A stretch of 64,000 nt of DNA from the IMG/VR virus record IMGVR_UViG_640753020_000006. One strand, 5' to 3'. Positions within the stretch are counted from its first letter, which is position 1, and the number at the start of each line of letters is the position of its first letter. This stretch comes from a virus. The position numbers and the translations under genes are program-made. Of this stretch, positions 59,232 to 64,000 are shown piece after piece. The notes below the pieces were generated by a model, which worked only from the letters and a program-made list of their open reading frames with translations, searched no databases and was not told the origin of the DNA.

Positions 59232-59720
59232 CTATCTAATTCTTAAACTTGTACCCTGCTTTATCTCTACACCATCTATCTTTATATCCTGCTTAAGAGC
59301 TTCTAATATAGCCTTTTTATCGAGCTTATAAGGTTGAGGTACTTTATATTGTTCTGGAACAACATCTTCATTTATTACATTCACACTAGGAGCATTTTTT
59401 TGAATCGCCAATGTAAACAATATGCCTTTTATCTTCTTCTTGCCTGTTGACTGCATTTGCTCATAAATATAGGTTTTTAAACCTTTCACTCTGTTTTCTA
59501 CAACTCTTTTCCTCTCCTGAAGCCTTTCAATCTCCTTTTTAATTCCGTCCGCATCTGAATTCATGGAACTTATAACCTTGGCCACATTTTCTGCTTTGGT
59601 ATCAAATTCCTCCCCTATATTATCAAGAGCTTTTTTTATTTCCTCATTGGGCAGCTCTGGATTATCCAAGAGCACCTGAATATTTTTATATCTTTCACTT
59701 ATCTCATATAGCTTTGACAT
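59232..59720 (-). CDS. Siphovirus Gp157 family protein
   Basis: KLYE, K.EN....I, FTLAIQKN.PSV....E..VP..Y, LDKK.I..ALK. Confidence 0.9.
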   Translation of the reverse strand: MSKLYEISERYKNIQVLLDNPELPNEEIKKALDNIGEEFDTKAENVAKVISSMNSDADGIKKEIERLQERKRVVENRVKGLKTYIYEQMQSTGKKKIKGILFTLAIQKNAPSVNVINEDVVPEQYKVPQPYKLDKKAILEALKQDIKIDGVEIKQGTSLRIR

Positions 59721-59723
59721 TAT

Positions 59724-59966
59724 CTATTTAACCTCCATTTCCTTTAAAAAATTATCTATAAGTCTGTTTTGAATTTCTGCTACATCTCTAAAACCTTTGT
59801 AATATCCTCTTTTATAGTCATCATCATTCTTACTGACATCTTCTGCATAGGATTTAATATGAATACTATTGTCGTTCCTGATACTCTTTAAAAATCCTAT
59901 AAGCATATATTTGTCGGTGGCATCTTTATCATAAATTTCTAATTCTTCAGGATACAATTTCTCCAA
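59724..59966 (-). CDS. Hypothetical protein
   Basis: RBS GGAGG; ORF track. Confidence 0.55.
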   Translation of the reverse strand: MEKLYPEELEIYDKDATDKYMLIGFLKSIRNDNSIHIKSYAEDVSKNDDDYKRGYYKGFRDVAEIQNRLIDNFLKEMEVK

Positions 59967-60156
59967 TTTCTACCCCTCCACAACTATTTACTTTTTCTAT
60001 AGAAGCAATAAATCCTACTCACATAAATTACACTGCTACATAATATATAAAGAAATCGCTTATCATGCTCTCCTCTAATATTTGATTTTTCCCCCATTCT
60101 GCGATAGAATGGGGATAAGTTTAATTACTTTTGGACCCTCTGCAAAGGGTTCGTTT

Positions 60157-60456
60157 TTATTTTTGTGGCATTTCAAGTACTGGTTTATAGGTGATTTGTC
60201 TATTGCCTTGAAAACTTGCTGATATAAATGGTTTAGTATCTTTTCCTTCTGTACAATGTAAAATTTGATTCTGTATATCATCTAATATTTCGATAGCCCT
60301 TTCTTTAGATTCATATTCCCCTAGAATGTCATAGTCATCTGATACATCACCCATGTATAAGACCTGATTAATAATTCTAAACTTGCCTTGGTTTTTACAT
60401 ATATTAAGTCTTTTAGGTTCTACCAAACTCATTCTATCCTGTGCTCTTATCCACAT
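60157..60456 (-). CDS. Hypothetical phage protein
   Basis: MWIR.QD..SL, LG.Y.S.ERA.E.LD.I, ...MP.K. Confidence 0.65.
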   Translation of the reverse strand: MWIRAQDRMSLVEPKRLNICKNQGKFRIINQVLYMGDVSDDYDILGEYESKERAIEILDDIQNQILHCTEGKDTKPFISASFQGNRQITYKPVLEMPQK

Positions 60457-60601
60457 CTCCTATCCCTCCACAAATATTTTTACTTCCTCAACTGTCAGTG
60501 CATCAATATCTTTAAAAGTCTCCCCAGATGCCGGATCATAAAGTTCTCCGTTATTATCCAGTTTACACTCTCTAAGTTTCTTTACTGTAAGTGCATCCAT
60601 G

Positions 60602-61021
60602 TTATTCACCTTCTTTCAAAAGCTCTGGATTAGAATAAATGTTGCCTATAACTTCAAATGTTGTATTTGTGAAACCATTAAGTTTTATAAAATCCCTATG
60701 ATATCCCCAAATAACTCCAAAACAACATTCTTGATATTCTACCACTTCATTTCCACTTGCAATAATATCTCCTTTTATATGCCAGTTTTCAATTTCAATA
60801 TGAAGAATATCTCCTTCATAAATCTCTACACCATTCTTATCCTTTAATCCTGTATATTGCATTAATTTATAATCTGCTCCACCATTCCATTCACAATCAT
60901 CTATCTTTTCATAAAAGCATATTGAATCGTCGCCATTATCCTTATCAAATTTCAATTCTTCCCAATTAATAATTCTTCTTGCCTGTTCATCCCATGCACG
61001 AAACTTAATTTCTCTTCGCAT
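60602..61021 (-). CDS. YopX family protein
   Basis: REIKFRAWD, LMQYTGLKDKNG.EIYEGDI, EVIGNIY.NPELL. Confidence 0.92.
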   Translation of the reverse strand: MRREIKFRAWDEQARRIINWEELKFDKDNGDDSICFYEKIDDCEWNGGADYKLMQYTGLKDKNGVEIYEGDILHIEIENWHIKGDIIASGNEVVEYQECCFGVIWGYHRDFIKLNGFTNTTFEVIGNIYSNPELLKEGE

Positions 61022-61198
61022 CTGCTATGCCTCCTAACTCTTCTTAATCTCTAACTGCTTGTACACATCCTCCTGACACTTAACCTTTTCCACGCAAATT
61101 TCCGCAAGTTGAATACCTTCTCTTAAAAGCTCCCTAAGCCTCTTGTTTCCCCTCTGCAGCTTTACAAACTCCTTATCTCGCATTTAATCCCCTTCTTT

Positions 61199-61519
61199 CT
61201 AATCCATCATGTCAAAATGCAATACATGATATCCTTTTTCACTTAAAGCTTTTGAAAATTCATCCCTTATTCTAGTTCTGTTATTTGCTTGTCCACCGCC
61301 AGTATTGATCATGTATCCTTCACCAATCCATTTAGTTTTACTTCTACAATAAAGGCCTGCTTTCTCTATAGCTTCGAGTACTTTTCTTTCCTGCCATCTC
61401 TTTAATATCAAAAATGTACTATCAAAATTGCAGGTACCGCCATCATCATTTGTTCTAACTTCTAACGCCTTTGAATAAGCTTCTTTCAAATCCTCTGTTA
61501 ACTGTTCGTATCTGTTCAT
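61199..61519 (-). CDS. Hypothetical phage protein
   Basis: DDGGTCNFDS, GQAN.RT motif. Confidence 0.65.
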   Translation of the reverse strand: MNRYEQLTEDLKEAYSKALEVRTNDDGGTCNFDSTFLILKRWQERKVLEAIEKAGLYCRSKTKWIGEGYMINTGGGQANNRTRIRDEFSKALSEKGYHVLHFDMMD

Positions 61520-61658
61520 TCTTCTCTCCTTTCAAATAACATTTGCCAAGAATATAATTACAGGTATTAGAACAACTATAGTTAATTGATTCTCTGTGTC
61601 ATCTTCTCTTTTAAATCTGATTGTGTGATATATAGCTAGTGCAATAACTGCCATAAGG

Positions 61659-61844
61659 CTATAAACTCCTAATACTTGAACTCCTAGCTGTGTCATACTT
61701 TCCCTTCTCCCCCTCCATCATTTTTCTCATTTCTGCATTTACAAGCTCGTCCATTTCTTGACTAGCCTCTAAAGTTCTAATATCTGATAAGTCATATAAA
61801 TCCATACATTCATGTAACTTATCTCTAGCAGCTTCTATGGTCAT
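61659..61844 (-). CDS. Spo0E-like aspartyl-phosphate phosphatase family protein
   Basis: IE.AR.KL.......L.D..TL.ASQEMDELVN; ATGA coupling places the start at 61844. Confidence 0.7.
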   Translation of the reverse strand: MTIEAARDKLHECMDLYDLSDIRTLEASQEMDELVNAEMRKMMEGEKGKYDTARSSSIRSL

Positions 61845-62038
61845 GACTGCACCTGCTTTCCAAACGCTATACCCCATCTAGGAGCTTTATGTCTTTTAAT
61901 CTCAACTCCATTTTCAATCAGGATATTTTTTAAAGTTGTTGGAGCACAGTCTACACTTAAAGCTGCCCTATTTAAAGATCCATATTTGTTGTATAGTTCA
62001 ATGGCTCTATTTACATCTATTGCCTTTGCTCTACGCAT
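61841..62038 (-). CDS. Small HTH protein
   Basis: IELY..YGSL..AA.......T.K..L...GV. Confidence 0.65.
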   Translation of the reverse strand: MRRAKAIDVNRAIELYNKYGSLNRAALSVDCAPTTLKNILIENGVEIKRHKAPRWGIAFGKQVQS

Positions 62039-62068
62039 CTACTCTGTTCCTCCTCTCTTTTTCCCTAT

Positions 62069-62281
62069 CTAATACCACTCACAATCCTTAGTAATGTGCA
62101 ACCATACACCATCATTCAATGTAACTTTCAGATGCTTTTCATTCATCCTAGATATCTTTACCGGTTTATGCTTATCTGGGAATTCCCATGCATTATAAAA
62201 CTTTTCACAGAACTTTTTGAAAAGCTCCTTGTCAGCATTACTTAATTTGTTAAATCCTTTTACTTCGGTAGCATTAAACAT
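62069..62281 (-). CDS. Small conserved phage protein
   Basis: V.GF..LS...KELF..F, W.H......WY. Confidence 0.65.
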   Translation of the reverse strand: MFNATEVKGFNKLSNADKELFKKFCEKFYNAWEFPDKHKPVKISRMNEKHLKVTLNDGVWLHITKDCEWY

Positions 62282-62492
62282 TTACTTTCCTCCTTTTCCT
62301 CCTGTATGGTCGTTCCATACTCTCCAATTCCTCGGAATATTCATCTAAAGGTAAACTTTCTAAAGAATTGGTGTAGTAATCAATGTTTTCATGAGGGTAA
62401 TATAGTTCTTGAATAATAGTTTGAGCCAACTCTCTACGTGTTACCTGTGCTCCTGAAAATACACCTATTTTAATTTTTACTGAGTTGGTCAT
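62274..62492 (-). CDS. Hypothetical protein
   Basis: Coupled to neighbours. Confidence 0.5.
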   Translation of the reverse strand: MTNSVKIKIGVFSGAQVTRRELAQTIIQELYYPHENIDYYTNSLESLPLDEYSEELESMERPYRRKRRKVNV

Positions 62493-63260
62493 TTATATTG
62501 CCTTCTCACCCAGAGTTGCTCGATTAGCTTCCTGAACTTCCCTGAGCAAAGCTCCTTGTAATGTAATGGCATTTATATATTTCAATGCTGAGCTATAATC
62601 TTTCCTTAAAATATTGTGATATACTGTAACATTTAAATAATCTTTTAAGGTTCTCCAGATATAGCTGTAAACTTTTTTCCTTATAGATGTATTCATATAA
62701 GCACTGCTTTCATCTCCATAGCATAAAGCTTTAACTCTCTTGTTAACTAATTTTTGAATTGTTTTAGCCTGTCCATCACTTATATTCATTGTCAAAGCCA
62801 AACTCTCAACTTTAATATCAAGTTCATTAATTTTTTCTTCATGTTGTTCTATAACCTGATACTGGAGCCTTAATTGTTCCATTGGTGAAAGCTGCTTTTG
62901 TTCCTTACCTCTAAAATAACTATTTACTAATTCCCTTTGAACCTTCCATGCTAAATCATCTGTAAAAGACTTTACTAACATAAGATATCCACTTTCTGTT
63001 ATTAGAGTTAATCCTCTGTTTGGAATTTCTAAAGTACGAATTTCGTCCTTTTCAGATGTGGTTACTATAAAGTAATCTACCCCATTTATAAATCTCTCTG
63101 TTTTCCTATCATCCTCATATTTATTTTCATTGAAGTTTCTTTTAGCAGTACCTTCAATTCTTTCATGCAGCATATCAATATCTTTAAAAGTTACTACTCT
63201 TTGTCCTTTAAATTCTTTAACTGATAAATCCTTATTTTGGATTTTTACTAAATTACTCAA
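62493..63260 (-). CDS. ORF6N/ORF6C-domain antirepressor-like protein
   Basis: KE..GQRVVTF.DID.LH.R, LITESGYLMLVKSFTDDLAW.VQR.LV. Confidence 0.9.
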   Translation of the reverse strand: MSNLVKIQNKDLSVKEFKGQRVVTFKDIDMLHERIEGTAKRNFNENKYEDDRKTERFINGVDYFIVTTSEKDEIRTLEIPNRGLTLITESGYLMLVKSFTDDLAWKVQRELVNSYFRGKEQKQLSPMEQLRLQYQVIEQHEEKINELDIKVESLALTMNISDGQAKTIQKLVNKRVKALCYGDESSAYMNTSIRKKVYSYIWRTLKDYLNVTVYHNILRKDYSSALKYINAITLQGALLREVQEANRATLGEKAI

Positions 63261-63281
63261 TATTTGTTCTCTCCTTTCTAC

Positions 63282-63764
63282 TTATTTCAGATTCTTCTTT
63301 GCCCAAAGTTCTAAGGACTGTACCTTTTCAGAAAACTCTATCAAACCTTTAACTATATTTATAAAATCCTGTTTTTCATTTTTATCAACAGCTCCATCCT
63401 GCAAAATTTCCATTAGCCTCTCTACAAAAGTTTCTGGATTTTTTGATAAAACCGATAGTTGAATTGCAAGACAAGATATTTCTTTAAGTTCTACATTAGG
63501 AGCGATACACTTTCCTATAGGACACTCATTATTGCAGTAATGGTACATAAGTTCTGGAGCATTATAGGTATCTGCCATTCTTACAACCATGTCTACTGGT
63601 ATCTGTTTACACAAATCATTTTCATAATTTGCCATTGAACGATCGCTTACTCCAAACATTTTTCCTGCACCCTCTCTACTTTTAAGCCTGTCATTATATT
63701 CTGCTGCTCTTAATCGTGCTCTCATATAGACATTGTTAGTGTTTTCCATTTTCATATATCTCAC
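63282..63764 (-). CDS. XRE-HTH / CII-like regulatory protein
   Basis: SRE.A....GVS.RS...YE.D, P.D.V..MAD.Y.APEL...YC...CPIG. Confidence 0.8.
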   Translation of the reverse strand: MRYMKMENTNNVYMRARLRAAEYNDRLKSREGAGKMFGVSDRSMANYENDLCKQIPVDMVVRMADTYNAPELMYHYCNNECPIGKCIAPNVELKEISCLAIQLSVLSKNPETFVERLMEILQDGAVDKNEKQDFINIVKGLIEFSEKVQSLELWAKKNLK

Positions 63765-64000
63765 CTCTTTTCTCTAATGAAAATTCATATTGTTGTGAAG
63801 AAGATACCGTCAAGTTACACACTATAGATGCTTCTCTTATGGTAAAATTTTAGTAGCAAAAACTTTGAAAATTTCATAGCATATATTGAGGATGTGTTTG
63901 CTTTTGATTGAAAGTGAAATTTTAAAATAGGCATTTCGGCCTATAATCTTTTGCTTTCAATTCTTTGCATTAACACATCTAGTCCTCTGGCTCCTGAACC

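Overview
Low-GC Firmicutes (Clostridium-like) DNA that is almost entirely one myovirus-type prophage on the minus strand. Reading right to left: early/replication genes, two orphan methyltransferases, a late activator, hicAB, PBSX/SPP1-type packaging and head genes, a contractile tail, lysis genes and post-lysis accessory genes. No prophage integrase or repressor is visible; they probably lie beyond the right edge. A 13-kb, higher-GC element (4342-17417) has integrated into the post-lysis region, splitting a long palindrome at a central TT. It carries a large serine recombinase, TnpW-like gene, lone HK97 capsid gene, cos-like site, iteron origin, primase-helicase, type III R-M and an OLD nuclease. 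Best leads: (1) two paralogous small-RNA genes at 50.3-50.7 kb, each predicted to fold into an H-type pseudoknot; (2) the nested satellite-like defence element; (3) a Tad1 anti-Thoeris sponge in a candidate anti-defence cluster; (4) a head-region protein ending in a copy of the tape-measure C-terminus; (5) a split C5 methyltransferase with its second subunit nested out of frame; (6) a MuF toxin-immunity candidate; (7) an arc/antisense-RNA/antirepressor cassette; (8) a phage Spo0E-like gene. All family calls come from motif recognition and memory, not database searches.
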